This document shows positions 30,305 to 40,434 of a stretch of DNA of 64,000 bases, one piece after another. Each line of letters starts with the position of its first letter. The stretch's first letter is position 1. Origin of the DNA: Candidatus Heimdallarchaeota archaeon. Its GTDB lineage: Archaea; Asgardarchaeota; Heimdallarchaeia; Hodarchaeales; Hodarchaeaceae. The translations under genes were made by a program, and so were the position numbers. Under the pieces are notes generated by a model. The model was not told the DNA's origin. It was given only the letters and a program-made list of their open reading frames with translations, and made no database searches. The stretch is taken from contig CP070695.1 in the NCBI GenBank assembly GCA_020353515.1, forward strand, positions 1,335,637 to 1,399,636, read 5' to 3'.

Positions 30305-31411
30305 CTATCCTCTACAATTATTTTTCCTTCTGAGCAATTTTCCGTCATGTAGTATTCCCTCAAAGGTTGTCCCCTCAGAAAAATCGACAACTTCTGAAGA
30401 ATCGATGAATGTGATTTCGAAAGTCTTTGTATTCATGATTTGAGCCAACGTTCCTTCCTCTTCGAAATTCACTAATTGATATTGTTGAGCTTCTTTTTCC
30501 AAATCTTTCAGATCAGCAGTCAAAAACGATTTTACTGGAATTCTTTCTTTGTCTTTTTTGCTGAAATCCCAATATTCCACCTTTGAGTTATATTTTATAA
30601 TTTGAATCGGTTGGTGGTTATATAATAGTATATCTCCTGAATCGAATCGCGGCATAGTAATTAGTACAACTGGTTTACGAGGATATTCTTTGGATTTAGA
30701 TTTATCAAACCCCGCAAATTCTGTGGTCACACTAATGATCCCGCCGTGTTTTTTAGCAAATTCTCGACCTATTGAATTTGCAGCTGGTTTTGATTGAAAA
30801 AGGGCATCAATCCCGGATTTTAAGAAATTAATCTTAGAAAGCGGATTTTTTCTATGAATTTGGGGATGAGATTGACTTATACTTTCAATTTCATCACTCC
30901 ACGATTCAAGTTGGTGAGTGGTTACTTCTTTTGAAGAACGAATTTGAATTTTTGACATATAGGATCCTGTAAGGCGAGTACGACACTCTGTGCATTCTCC
31001 CCATTCAATAAGTATTGTAAAATCTTCTGAAATTGTCATCAGAGGGACAAAAACGTCAGGACTTGCACTAATGTCCACTAAACCAGTAATTATAGACTTA
31101 TAGCTCACTTCATCTAAATGAATGTTCAATTCTCGAATAGAAAATTCTTTTGGTCGGTAATAAAAGCTCCATTCTTGGGAAAAAAGGATAGAAAGTCTAG
31201 CATTTGCATCAGGTTTTCCTAAATCGGCCAAATAGAAATTAGACCAGTTTCCTTTTATAGATAGTAATTCACATCTCTCACAGACGGTAATGTACATCTC
31301 TCTCTTTTGTTGTAAAATAGGATGACTTTCTAAATAGCACTTTTGACATAAATGACCAAAGAAAATTTCAGATGAACCGCATGAAATGCAAATAGATGCC
31401 AACTTACCCAA
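30305..31411 (-). CDS. nmd3: NMD3-family large-subunit maturation protein
   Basis: Zn knuckles CISCG/CQKC/CERC/CTEC, KIQIR, eIF5A-like C-terminal region (AQIMNTKTFE). Confidence 0.85.
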   Translation of the reverse strand: MGKLASICISCGSSEIFFGHLCQKCYLESHPILQQKREMYITVCERCELLSIKGNWSNFYLADLGKPDANARLSILFSQEWSFYYRPKEFSIRELNIHLDEVSYKSIITGLVDISASPDVFVPLMTISEDFTILIEWGECTECRTRLTGSYMSKIQIRSSKEVTTHQLESWSDEIESISQSHPQIHRKNPLSKINFLKSGIDALFQSKPAANSIGREFAKKHGGIISVTTEFAGFDKSKSKEYPRKPVVLITMPRFDSGDILLYNHQPIQIIKYNSKVEYWDFSKKDKERIPVKSFLTADLKDLEKEAQQYQLVNFEEEGTLAQIMNTKTFEITFIDSSEVVDFSEGTTFEGILHDGKLLRRKNNCRG

Positions 31412-31429
31412 TGAAGAGTCCTCTAATGC

Positions 31430-31741
31430 TTAAATAGGGGGGATAGAGAATATTAACAAATGTGGGATTTTCTTACCTTCCGATGTAGTAAACCAGATGA
31501 TGGCATCTTCATTAATGAGATTTTCCTTGATACCAAGTTCGAGTACTGAACCTACAGCATTGACATTCGCATAATTTCGTAATAAACGTAGAGCATCATC
31601 TGCTGAAATCTCCTGTCCACGGTAAAAATCAATTGGAATTCTCATTCGTGCCTTTTCGTTAAATAATTCTTGACCTAACAGGGATTCATCACATAAAGCG
31701 AGAATTTCGGTTCTATTTTTCCGATGAATCTTGAAAAACAC
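31430..31741 (-). CDS. DUF424 family protein
   Basis: ILALCDESLLG, FYRG, NAVG; usual position between aIF2-beta and NMD3; start taken at GTG (ORF track extends to 31807). Confidence 0.85.
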   Translation of the reverse strand: MFFKIHRKNRTEILALCDESLLGQELFNEKARMRIPIDFYRGQEISADDALRLLRNYANVNAVGSVLELGIKENLINEDAIIWFTTSEGKKIPHLLIFSIPPI

Positions 31742-31772
31742 TCGAGTAGATGATGAAGTGTACTGAGAAGAG

Positions 31773-32189
31773 TTATTTAACCGCGACACGGGCACCACAT
31801 GCTTCACAGACTTTTATTAATATACGTCCCTCTTTAATAAGCTTTGTATCTGGTTTTCCACATTCTTCACATAGAACAAAATCTTTCACATAAGCTTCTA
31901 ACTCTCGATTTATCAATGCACTAGAGAACTTACCCTGTAAGCATAATCGGCCTCTCTCTTCAGTTGAAGATGTAGCAAATTCTCTTGCTAAGTGTTTAGA
32001 TAGATGATCAGATTCATTTTCTCTATTTAAGACCTTTAAAATCCGATTCCAATCAGTTATCCACGTTTTATTTCCTTCTTTAAATACATCAGCTTTGGGA
32101 ATTTGAAATCGTGATTTCTCAAACACATGAGCTGGAAGATTTTTTCGGGCACGTTTAAGCGCTGCGATGTAATCCTTTTCTGCTGTCAT
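31773..32189 (-). CDS. eif2b: Translation initiation factor aIF2 beta
   Basis: RFQIP, EGNKT, VLCEECGKPDT, CEACGA. Confidence 0.95.
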   Translation of the reverse strand: MTAEKDYIAALKRARKNLPAHVFEKSRFQIPKADVFKEGNKTWITDWNRILKVLNRENESDHLSKHLAREFATSSTEERGRLCLQGKFSSALINRELEAYVKDFVLCEECGKPDTKLIKEGRILIKVCEACGARVAVK

Positions 32190-32323
32190 AAAGTTTCAGA
32201 TTCCTTGGAGATTAAATTGTTAGAGTCACTCAGAGATGAATTTCCATACATTTTCTCTTGACAGGAGCGGATCCAACTACCTTTTTAATCCTCTCCCTAT
32301 GAAGTCTTAATACGCTGGTTGAC

Positions 32324-33127
32324 ATGAAACGCCGAAAAGAACACCGGAAAGTGTTTGAATTAATTAAAAATTGTGATTTAGTCCTAGAAGTAGTTGATGG
32401 TAGGTTTCCTTTGCTTAGTCGGGTGTCAGTACTTGAAAAAAATCTTCAAAAAACAGGTATTCCTCTTATTATTGTTCTAAATAAGTGCGACTTAGTTCCT
32501 CATCATATTTGTGAATATACAAAAAAGATTTTTAGCCAAGAGTATCCAACGGTTTACATCTCTGCTCGAAAGCGTCAGGGTACAAAAATTCTGCGACAAG
32601 AGATAGCGAAACACGCTTTGAAGAAGAAAGAAATCCTTATTTCAGCTGTAGGAATCCCTAATACAGGAAAAAGTAGTCTTTTGAATATTCTAAGGGGTAA
32701 ACACGTTGCTCCTACAGGACTGAAACCTGGTGTTACAAGACATCTACAAATCATACGCATCTCACAGAAAATCCTGATGTATGACACTCCAGGAGTTATC
32801 CCTTTTGATCACCCCAACGAAGAACTCCAAGTCTTTATGGGAGCTGTTTCTATTGATAATTTAGAAGATCCAGTAAAAACATCATTTTATTTTCTTGATC
32901 GAATTCGAAACCATTATACAGAGGGTTTTATTCAACGATTTAATATTCCCTCTCTTACAATGGACAATGAAGCAATACTCACTCATATTGCACAGGAGCG
33001 GCGAATGATTCTAAAAGGCGCTCAACCAAATATTACAGAAGCAGCAAAGGTTTTAATGCGTGAGCTAACTGGGGGGATTTTTCCATATTGGGAAGAATTA
33101 AGCGAGAGTATTAAACAGGACAACTAA
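32324..33127 (+). CDS. Circularly permuted YlqF/RbgA-family ribosome biogenesis GTPase
   Basis: G4 NKCD precedes G1 GIPNTGKSS, G2 PGVT, G3 DTPG. Confidence 0.92.
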   Translation: MKRRKEHRKVFELIKNCDLVLEVVDGRFPLLSRVSVLEKNLQKTGIPLIIVLNKCDLVPHHICEYTKKIFSQEYPTVYISARKRQGTKILRQEIAKHALKKKEILISAVGIPNTGKSSLLNILRGKHVAPTGLKPGVTRHLQIIRISQKILMYDTPGVIPFDHPNEELQVFMGAVSIDNLEDPVKTSFYFLDRIRNHYTEGFIQRFNIPSLTMDNEAILTHIAQERRMILKGAQPNITEAAKVLMRELTGGIFPYWEELSESIKQDN

Positions 33128-33224
33128 AGAACTCTGAACTTTTCTTACGTAAGAACGAAACAATTTTGAGAAAATTGTATTAAACGTTTTAAATAATTAA
33201 AAGGTGCCTTTTCGGTGTGAAATC

Positions 33225-34658
33225 ATGACAGACGAATCCTATTCTTCGATAATAACATATTCCACTGTTTCAGCAATCGCAGGGCCGTTGGTTTTTGTCA
33301 GAGACATTAAAGGAATTTCTTACGGTGAAATCGTTAATGTCATTGCTCCCAATGAGGAGAAACGTACGGGCCAGGTTTTAGAAGTCTCTGAAGATATCGC
33401 AGTGGTTCAAGTTTTTGAAGGAACCCAGGGACTCGATACCACGAAAACATCCGTTAGGTTTCTTGGTGAAACTATTAAGATTGCAGTATCCCAAGACATG
33501 CTTGGCCGAATCTTTTCTGGAAGTGGAAAAATTATCGATGCTGGTCCTCAAATTTTCGCTGAAGAACATCTAGATATAACAGGAGCACCCATTAATCCTT
33601 ACGCGCGAGAATTCCCACGGGAATTCATCCAGACGGGGATTTCATCTATTGATGGATTAAATACACTTATTCGGGGGCAAAAATTGCCTATTTTTTCTGG
33701 GAGTGGTCTGCCCCATAACAATATTGCTGCCCAAATAGCCAGGCAAGCAAAAGTGTTAGGTAAAGAAGAAGAATTTGCTGTAATCTTTGCTGCAATGGGA
33801 ATAACAACAGAAGAGGCGCGTTTCTTTCGCTCTGATTTCGAAACTACTGGTGCCTTGGAACGAGTTATATTATTCTTGAATCTTGCAGATTCCCCAGCAG
33901 CTGAAAGGTTGATAACACCTCGTATTGCTCTTTCCGTTGCTGAGTATTTAGCTTTTGAATATGATTATCATTGTTTAGTTATTCTTACAGATATGACCAA
34001 TTATGCAGAGGCTCTTCGAGAAATTTCAGCAGCACGAGAAGAAGTTCCTGGACGTCGAGGATATCCAGGATACCTTTATACAGATCTAGCTACCATCTAT
34101 GAGCGTGCTGGCAGAATAAAAGGTAAAAAAGGGACGATTACTCAACTTCCAATTTTATCTATGCCATCTGATGACATCACTCACCCTATTCCTGATCTTT
34201 CTGGTTATATTACAGAGGGACAGTTGATTATTGATAGGGATCTGAATCGTAGGGGTATTTATCCACCTATTGATCCAATGCCTAGTCTTAGTCGCTTGAT
34301 GCGTGAGGGAATAGGTCGAAATAGAACACATGTTACCCATAAACCTGTAGCAGATCAGATGTTTGCTGGATATTCCATGGGAAGGAATTTACGTGATCTT
34401 GTGGCTGTAGTGGGTGAAGAAAGTTTAACTAGTGTTGATAAGAAATATCTAGATTTTGCTGATCGGTTTGAAAAGGAATTTTTACAACAAGGATACTATG
34501 AAGCAAGAGAGATTTTTTACACACTAGAATTAGCATGGGAACTATTATCGGATCTCCCAGAAGATGAATTGAAGCGTATTCCTCCAAAAATGTTACAAAA
34601 GTATCATCCACAGTACCGTGGAGATAAAAAGCTCTCTATTGATGATCCAGAGCCATGA
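33225..34658 (+). CDS. atpB: A/V-type ATP synthase subunit B
   Basis: [52 protein letters not shown]. Confidence 0.97.
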   Translation: MTDESYSSIITYSTVSAIAGPLVFVRDIKGISYGEIVNVIAPNEEKRTGQVLEVSEDIAVVQVFEGTQGLDTTKTSVRFLGETIKIAVSQDMLGRIFSGSGKIIDAGPQIFAEEHLDITGAPINPYAREFPREFIQTGISSIDGLNTLIRGQKLPIFSGSGLPHNNIAAQIARQAKVLGKEEEFAVIFAAMGITTEEARFFRSDFETTGALERVILFLNLADSPAAERLITPRIALSVAEYLAFEYDYHCLVILTDMTNYAEALREISAAREEVPGRRGYPGYLYTDLATIYERAGRIKGKKGTITQLPILSMPSDDITHPIPDLSGYITEGQLIIDRDLNRRGIYPPIDPMPSLSRLMREGIGRNRTHVTHKPVADQMFAGYSMGRNLRDLVAVVGEESLTSVDKKYLDFADRFEKEFLQQGYYEAREIFYTLELAWELLSDLPEDELKRIPPKMLQKYHPQYRGDKKLSIDDPEP

Positions 34659-34877
34659 GATACACATTTGATGTTTCTTTCAGTTACATTGTTAATATTA
34701 AAAGGGATAATAACGTTGAATGGAAAATACCAAAATTAAATCTTTGCTTGATCTCATTATATTAACCAAAATGAATTAAACGATAAAGCTAGAATATGAA
34801 TTGGTATATTTTTTAGAAAAAAGAGAAAAATATTTGGCATAATTTAATAATTAACTAATAAAGTTTATACATGTCTC

Positions 34878-36155
34878 TTGTTAGATAAAAGGATGACATC
34901 GGTTATGGTTAGTTGGAAGGTTAACTTTGCTTTAGGCGGAGTTGACGAGCAAATCGATCTGTTTGACACTGAAACACTCGTTGACTGGGATCCTGAATTC
35001 AAGGGTGAATTGATCGCTGGGTTTTTCAAGACAGATTATACTTGGATCCAAGGACTTAAAGGAGTAACCCGGGATAGTCTGACCGTTCAGCCTATAAATT
35101 GTTTTGTAGTTGTTGGCCGTAAGTGGAGAGATGCTAGAACGAAAAGTATCCCGTTAGGAGTACTTTTTGAGTTTACAGAAGGTGATTTAAGGCTCCGAGG
35201 TGTAGGGCCCAAAAGTCTGTCTGATAAAGCAGGTGGGGATAGTAATATTTTATTGAATCTTGTCTCTGATCTGTTTGATAAACCTGATTTATGGAAAAGC
35301 AAAATAATAATTTCAGCTAAACCTAAAAGCGAATGGAAAATTATTAGTGACATCATTGGAGAAGAACCATGGCTTTTAATTGAACAAGGCCGAAAAGTAA
35401 TGAAAACAGATCCAAGGAAAGCCATGGAGAATTTCACAAAAGCTTACAAGATATTCGACATTTTAGCAGATATAAATGGAAAATTTCATGCCGTATTCGC
35501 TCAAGCTGAGCTTTCACTTGATTCCATGAACTTTGATCTCACTAAAAATCGTTTGGAGGCACTCTGGGAATTTACTAGTCAATTAGGGGATCCAATGCTA
35601 GAAGAAAATATCCTATCATCTGAAGGGATTCTTCTATACGAAAATAGTCTTTTTGAACAAGCCATTACGAAATTTGAACAAGCACTTGAACGTGCTAAAC
35701 GAGCTAATATTCACAGAGCTGTTGTTAACGCATATTGTAATATCGGAGAGTGTTACTTCCGCGTGGGGAAATTTGATGAAGCAATGAAGAATTTCGATAA
35801 ATCTCGCTCATTAGCTGAATCAAGACAGGATCGAAATTCTCTTGCAATTTCACAGGTTAATATGGCTAAGGTATTAGGCCAATACATAAGACAGGGAGAT
35901 AGCTCAAGTGTTGCTCAAGCGGCGTATTATCTCGAAGAAGCGATCCAACATTTTGAGGGACTTGAGGATATGAAAGGACTAGTAATTGCAAATGGTATGT
36001 TTGGTGAGATTGAAGCTTTACAGGGAGGATTTGAAAAAGCGCTAATGCATTTTGAATTTGCTGCTGAAAAAGCTCAAGCGATAAATGAACATCAATTTCA
36101 TGAATTTTACCGACAGAAAGCACAAGAAATGAAAGATCGACTTTATGAGCTTTAA
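34878..36155 (+). CDS. TPR-repeat protein with uncharacterised N-terminal domain
   Basis: Tandem TPR helices (AYCNIGECYFRVGKFDEAMKNF, GEIEALQGGFEKALMHFE). Confidence 0.85.
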   Translation: MLDKRMTSVMVSWKVNFALGGVDEQIDLFDTETLVDWDPEFKGELIAGFFKTDYTWIQGLKGVTRDSLTVQPINCFVVVGRKWRDARTKSIPLGVLFEFTEGDLRLRGVGPKSLSDKAGGDSNILLNLVSDLFDKPDLWKSKIIISAKPKSEWKIISDIIGEEPWLLIEQGRKVMKTDPRKAMENFTKAYKIFDILADINGKFHAVFAQAELSLDSMNFDLTKNRLEALWEFTSQLGDPMLEENILSSEGILLYENSLFEQAITKFEQALERAKRANIHRAVVNAYCNIGECYFRVGKFDEAMKNFDKSRSLAESRQDRNSLAISQVNMAKVLGQYIRQGDSSSVAQAAYYLEEAIQHFEGLEDMKGLVIANGMFGEIEALQGGFEKALMHFEFAAEKAQAINEHQFHEFYRQKAQEMKDRLYEL

Positions 36156-36202
36156 ACATCTATTATTGCCACTTCTCTCCCCAGTTTTAGCAAAATCTGT
36201 TT

Positions 36203-36607
36203 TTATCCGAGAATTTCAGCAATTTTTTTGGCAGATTGTTTCATATCGAGAAATATCAATCCCAGTTTAACTGACCGACTTGCTGAAGTTGTCAATACAG
36301 CTTTAGAACCAGCTTGTACAGAAATCAAGTATCCACTATCCCCCTCCACTAAAATACGAGTCATTTCACCCTTTCCTATCTCCATCACAGCTCTTTCACC
36401 TAAGCTTAAAATTGCAGCAGTCATAGCTGCAACTCGTACGTCATCTAGCCCTGATGGTAATGCTGGTGGCCAGGATGAAATTGGTAATCCCTCCAATGAC
36501 ACCACTGCAGCAAAATCTATGGCTGGTAACTTACTCACGAAAGCTTCGAGTACTTCCGCTATTTCTTTATGCACCTGGGTATCTGTTTCACTATCGGGAA
36601 TGTACAT
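36203..36607 (-). CDS. Roadblock/LC7 protein
   Basis: AAVVSLEGLPI, VAAMTAAILSLGER, VKLGLIFLDM. Confidence 0.93.
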   Translation of the reverse strand: MYIPDSETDTQVHKEIAEVLEAFVSKLPAIDFAAVVSLEGLPISSWPPALPSGLDDVRVAAMTAAILSLGERAVMEIGKGEMTRILVEGDSGYLISVQAGSKAVLTTSASRSVKLGLIFLDMKQSAKKIAEILG

Positions 36608-37126
36608 TTGGTATACTCCTGTTACTTGTCATTCCTGTACCGTTTCTTTTAAATTTTGTCTTGATGGAAAGATAATTGTGGTTTTACGTAGTTTCTGTAA
36701 AGAATTTATCTATTTTAATCCTTACTTTTAACGACTTATGTGAACTTATGTGATTTTTATTGTTATTATATATAAGAATATCTTATTCCCTAAATTTTAA
36801 CTTGATCCAATATTTGACATTCACTTATTATGAAAGTAGATCAAAGTTAAAAAAAACATGAAGAAAAAAATAGGTTCCTAACACGTAGATAATATGTCAT
36901 ACACATCAAAATTACATTTTAGATAGAGTTGGTATTAATAAAGCTTAGATTCTCTATGCTGTGACTTTGTGATAACATGTTGGAAATAGTAAGTGTTTTC
37001 GTCGGGAAATAATCTAGAAACTGGATAAGAAATACACACACACAAAGTTCAAGTCTATAAACAAAGATCGTTTGTAGCAGAATATGAGTTTATGAGTTTC
37101 TTAGTATTGTAAGAAGTGATCTTATA

Positions 37127-37753
37127 TTAAATCCTAGCTATTTGAGATTCTTTCGTTCCATAAAGCTGAATCATGATGATTTCACGAGCTAATGATTGAA
37201 ATGCTCTCTTCACGCCGAGACCCGTGGTTGCTACAGTTTCATATATAGGGTAAGCTTGGATTTGTAATTTCTGGATTAATTCTGATCTGGGTAATGCGTC
37301 TTCGACATCACGTTTGTTTAGGGTAATCACAAGAGGTATTGATGTTCCTATCTGATCACCTAAATGCGTTTTCAATTCATTAAACGATTCCACATTCTCT
37401 TGATATTGAGATGCACTAGAATCAACAACAAAAATAAGACCATCTACTCCTTGAAGCACAATTTTTCGCTGGTGTTTGTGACGCTCTTGCCCTGCAGTGG
37501 TGTAAACATCAAACACAACTCCAGTAGTAGCTTGCATTGGAACAAAATCAAAAAATAATGTTCGTCCTGTTGGATCAGCTAATTGCGTGAACTTACCTTT
37601 CTCTAGGCCCTCTACTTTGTTATATAACCAAGCTAATGTTGATGTTTTTCCGCCTAAAGATGGTCCGTAGAAAACAATTTTAAATCGGTGACGACCTTCT
37701 GCGTCCTTTCTCAAGTAGTACGTCTCCTCCTTAGGAGGATTAGAATTTTTCAA
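37127..37753 (-). CDS. mglA: MglA-like small GTPase
   Basis: KIVFYGPSLGGKT, RTLFFDF, TTAGQ, GVDGLIFVVDS, NKRD, ETVA. Confidence 0.88.
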   Translation of the reverse strand: MKNSNPPKEETYYLRKDAEGRHRFKIVFYGPSLGGKTSTLAWLYNKVEGLEKGKFTQLADPTGRTLFFDFVPMQATTGVVFDVYTTAGQERHKHQRKIVLQGVDGLIFVVDSSASQYQENVESFNELKTHLGDQIGTSIPLVITLNKRDVEDALPRSELIQKLQIQAYPIYETVATTGLGVKRAFQSLAREIIMIQLYGTKESQIARI

Positions 37754-38234
37754 GTTCTCGTAGTGCTGCTTCTAATTCATCTTTCTCAAGACTAGTACGT
37801 ACCTCAGGAGCCGCAGATGCCACCCCTCCTATCGGCCGTGTTGGTTTTCCTGCTAAAAATTCGTCCAGAATGCTACTGAGCTCTTCATTAGCTTTTCTCA
37901 TGAGTAGACGAATCATTCCAATATTGACTTCAGCATCAGAAATAATTGTCAGAATCCCACGACCACAAGTACTTGCAAAGATTTTACCAGTATCAAATTC
38001 AGAGGTAACGATATCTAATCCACCAATTGTCAGATTTAGTCCCTGTTCAGCTGAAGCCATGAACACAGCTGAAGCAATAGCCCCTATCCCATCCACATCA
38101 ACACTGACATAGCTGAATTTTGAAACATGCGCAATAGTGAGACCAGTTCTATCAACAAGAATCACTTTTTTGATACCTGGTTCGCTTTTAATGATTTTAC
38201 TGAGTACAGTGTCAAATCTTCTGGGGTCTATCAT
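37740..38234 (-). CDS. mglB: MglB-like Roadblock protein with C-terminal acidic helix
   Basis: LVDRTGLTI, GAIASA, NIGMIRL; linker then LEKDELEAALRELEKF; overlaps GTPase start. Confidence 0.82.
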   Translation of the reverse strand: MIDPRRFDTVLSKIIKSEPGIKKVILVDRTGLTIAHVSKFSYVSVDVDGIGAIASAVFMASAEQGLNLTIGGLDIVTSEFDTGKIFASTCGRGILTIISDAEVNIGMIRLLMRKANEELSSILDEFLAGKPTRPIGGVASAAPEVRTSLEKDELEAALRELEKF

Positions 38235-38372
38235 TTAATGTCACCCTAGTTGTCCACAATTCAAAATCATTATTGATTATTAATAAATTTAGCTCATTGC
38301 ATAAAGAGGATCAGATCATGAAAAGGTAACATCTCGAGAAGCAAATGATCATTTTTTTCTGTTTATTGATAA

Positions 38373-39200
38373 TTAGAACAGAATCATCATGAGTAATAAT
38401 AGAAGATTTCCTATAAGAACATCGGTAACGAATCCTAGCAACAAAATAAATACAAATGGAAGGGAAGGTTGAACCCAGATAGAGGTTTTATTTTTGGATT
38501 GAATTGAAGAAATAATTTCCTGTTTTCTCGTAAAATCCGCCTCTGGAGTATCAAGACGTGCTCGAAACTCTACACACCAACCAGTTTCCTCACTGTATTT
38601 TTCTAAAAAATCAAAATGCCACGGTTTCTCTGCAAGTTTTTTTTCAAGATTTAGAGTTTGGTGGGGATAACCAATAAAGCGAATGAAAATTCTTGTCCAA
38701 ACAGATTCGTTTGAAAGAGCATATAGAGTTGGATGCAAACGCTGATAAACAAGATTATAGCAAAATATCAATATTGGGGCAGGGAAAGCAATTAAATAGG
38801 CATTGAAGAATACATTAAGGATTTTTGGAGTAATCTTTACAAGAATTTCGTATGATGGATTTTGGAAAATAAAAAATGGGGGAGAGATTGGAGAAGCTAC
38901 CCCAATTGCAATATAAGCTATCCTATCAGCCTCCCCTCCTAAACCTGAGAAAGTTAGAAACATGGCCAAAGTGATTGCAAAAATGATATTAAAAAATACG
39001 GGTACAAAGTAATTAATGGGTGGTTCATTTTCCAAAATTCGTAAGATTATTTGTATTATGTGGATTATAATTCCTCCTCCTATCATAGTCAACCAAATCC
39101 AATCAGCTACTTCACGAGTCTTGAGATCTTGCCAAGATCCAATTATCAACAAAAAAAAGGTAAGAATAAGAAGAATCAAATTTAACTCTGATCCAATCAT
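38373..39200 (-). CDS. A24-family prepilin/preflagellin peptidase (FlaK/PibD-like)
   Basis: SWQDLKTREVAD and GLGGEAD aspartate motifs; C-terminal IWVQPSLPFV; multiple TM. Confidence 0.85.
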   Translation of the reverse strand: MIGSELNLILLILTFFLLIIGSWQDLKTREVADWIWLTMIGGGIIIHIIQIILRILENEPPINYFVPVFFNIIFAITLAMFLTFSGLGGEADRIAYIAIGVASPISPPFFIFQNPSYEILVKITPKILNVFFNAYLIAFPAPILIFCYNLVYQRLHPTLYALSNESVWTRIFIRFIGYPHQTLNLEKKLAEKPWHFDFLEKYSEETGWCVEFRARLDTPEADFTRKQEIISSIQSKNKTSIWVQPSLPFVFILLLGFVTDVLIGNLLLLLMMILF

Positions 39201-39383
39201 TCCAAGTCAAACCTTTTCCTAATTATTTTGAAGTTATTATTTATATTGATCCTTTCTAATAGAATTATTGGACTACTTTAGGATTTTATCACTTACTACT
39301 AAAGAAGTAATCCTCTAGGAATGGCATAATTTTATTAATCTAAACTCTTTTGAGCGCCTTATTGTAAAGCGCCTTTTTCAATA

Positions 39384-39537
39384 GCCACTGTGGCTTAGTT
39401 TTTGGTTAGATGGCATAATTAAATAGCGTCTACCAGATAGAGTAGCCGGGTTATAGCGCCTCCTTGGTATTTTTCGTTCCAATTTCAGGAGAAAAACGGA
39501 TAGGAGGATGTCGTGGGTTCAAATCCCACCAGTGGCT
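39384..39537 (+). tRNA. tRNA-Thr(GGT) with two introns (D-arm ~39399-39445; anticodon loop 37/38 at 39470-39501)
   Basis: Acceptor GCCACTG/CAGTGGC; anticodon stem CCTCC/GGAGG around TT-GGT-A; T-arm GTGGG-TTCAAAT-CCCAC; removing both insertions restores a cloverleaf. Confidence 0.85.
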
Positions 39538-39610
39538 TTTTTACTTATTAGATAGAATATCCACATAATAACTTAACAGTTTCGATCGTAACTGTAGAAG
39601 GGACAATTAT

Positions 39611-40225
39611 TTGGATTATAGGAGTCTTTACGAATTATGGCAAGCGGAAAAAGCCAGCTTATCGCTTCTAGAAATACCAGCTGATTTTTATATCTCTATG
39701 GACGGGAAGTTAACCAAGCTCTATCAAAAAACACAAGATCTTGAGTGGGAAGAGCTAGCAGATGAAATAATCGAACGGATGGAGTTTCTTAGAAAAGATA
39801 TCGCACAATTAAGATTAACTAAAATACTGAATTCGGTCATTTACAATATACCCATTGAATTAGATCATACAACGTGGGGAGAACGACGATTAATCAAAGA
39901 ATTAAGAAATTCTATCGAAATGCTTGGCATGGAGAAACCAAACATTTTAGATACTCAGGAAAATCATGCAATCACGAATCTTCAGAACGATTCAGATGAA
40001 GAATCTAGTCAAATTGAGGAGAATAGAGATGCTATTCCCCTATCCCCAAGTAATCTGACAATAAGGATTCTCGATAATGTTGAAGCCTTTATTGGGCTGG
40101 ATATGAAGCGATATGGCCCCTTAGTAAGGCATGATGTCGTACATCTGCCCGTAGAGAACGCTAAAGCGCTAATAAGCAAAGGAATGGCAAGATTGATAGA
40201 AACAGAGATAGAAGAAAATAGGTGA
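39611..40225 (+). CDS. GINS subunit (Gins51/Psf1-like)
   Basis: LLEIPADFY, RLTKI, TWGE; C-terminal B-domain FIGLDMKRYGPL...DVVHLP..NA..LI..G. Confidence 0.85.
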   Translation: MDYRSLYELWQAEKASLSLLEIPADFYISMDGKLTKLYQKTQDLEWEELADEIIERMEFLRKDIAQLRLTKILNSVIYNIPIELDHTTWGERRLIKELRNSIEMLGMEKPNILDTQENHAITNLQNDSDEESSQIEENRDAIPLSPSNLTIRILDNVEAFIGLDMKRYGPLVRHDVVHLPVENAKALISKGMARLIETEIEENR

Positions 40226-40231
40226 GAATTA

Positions 40232-40420
40232 GTGAGAAGACGTTATATACCCCAACCTCGTTCAAAATTCTTGAAAATTACCTGTGAATGTGGTAATGTT
40301 CAAGAGGTCTTTTCTCATGCCACATCTCGTGTTACTTGTCGTGTATGTGGAAAAACACTAGCAGAACCTAGTGGTGGAATATCAAAATTATATGGGGAAG
40401 TAATAGAAGTATTAGACTGA
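40232..40420 (+). CDS. rps27e: 30S ribosomal protein S27e
   Basis: PRSKFLKITCECGN..VFSHA...CRVCG..LAEPSGG. Confidence 0.95.
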   Translation: MRRRYIPQPRSKFLKITCECGNVQEVFSHATSRVTCRVCGKTLAEPSGGISKLYGEVIEVLD

Positions 40421-40434
40421 AAAGGCGATAGTAA

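Noticed and set aside
36228-36731. 167-aa + ORF and similar antisense ORFs (e.g. 17458-17898, 49822-50283, 60754-61170, 62471-62851)
   Set aside because: Lie opposite well-supported conserved genes and have no motifs of their own
36734-36753. Tandem ACTTATGTGA x2 upstream of the Roadblock gene
   Set aside because: Only two 10-bp copies in AT-rich DNA; possible operator but unsupported
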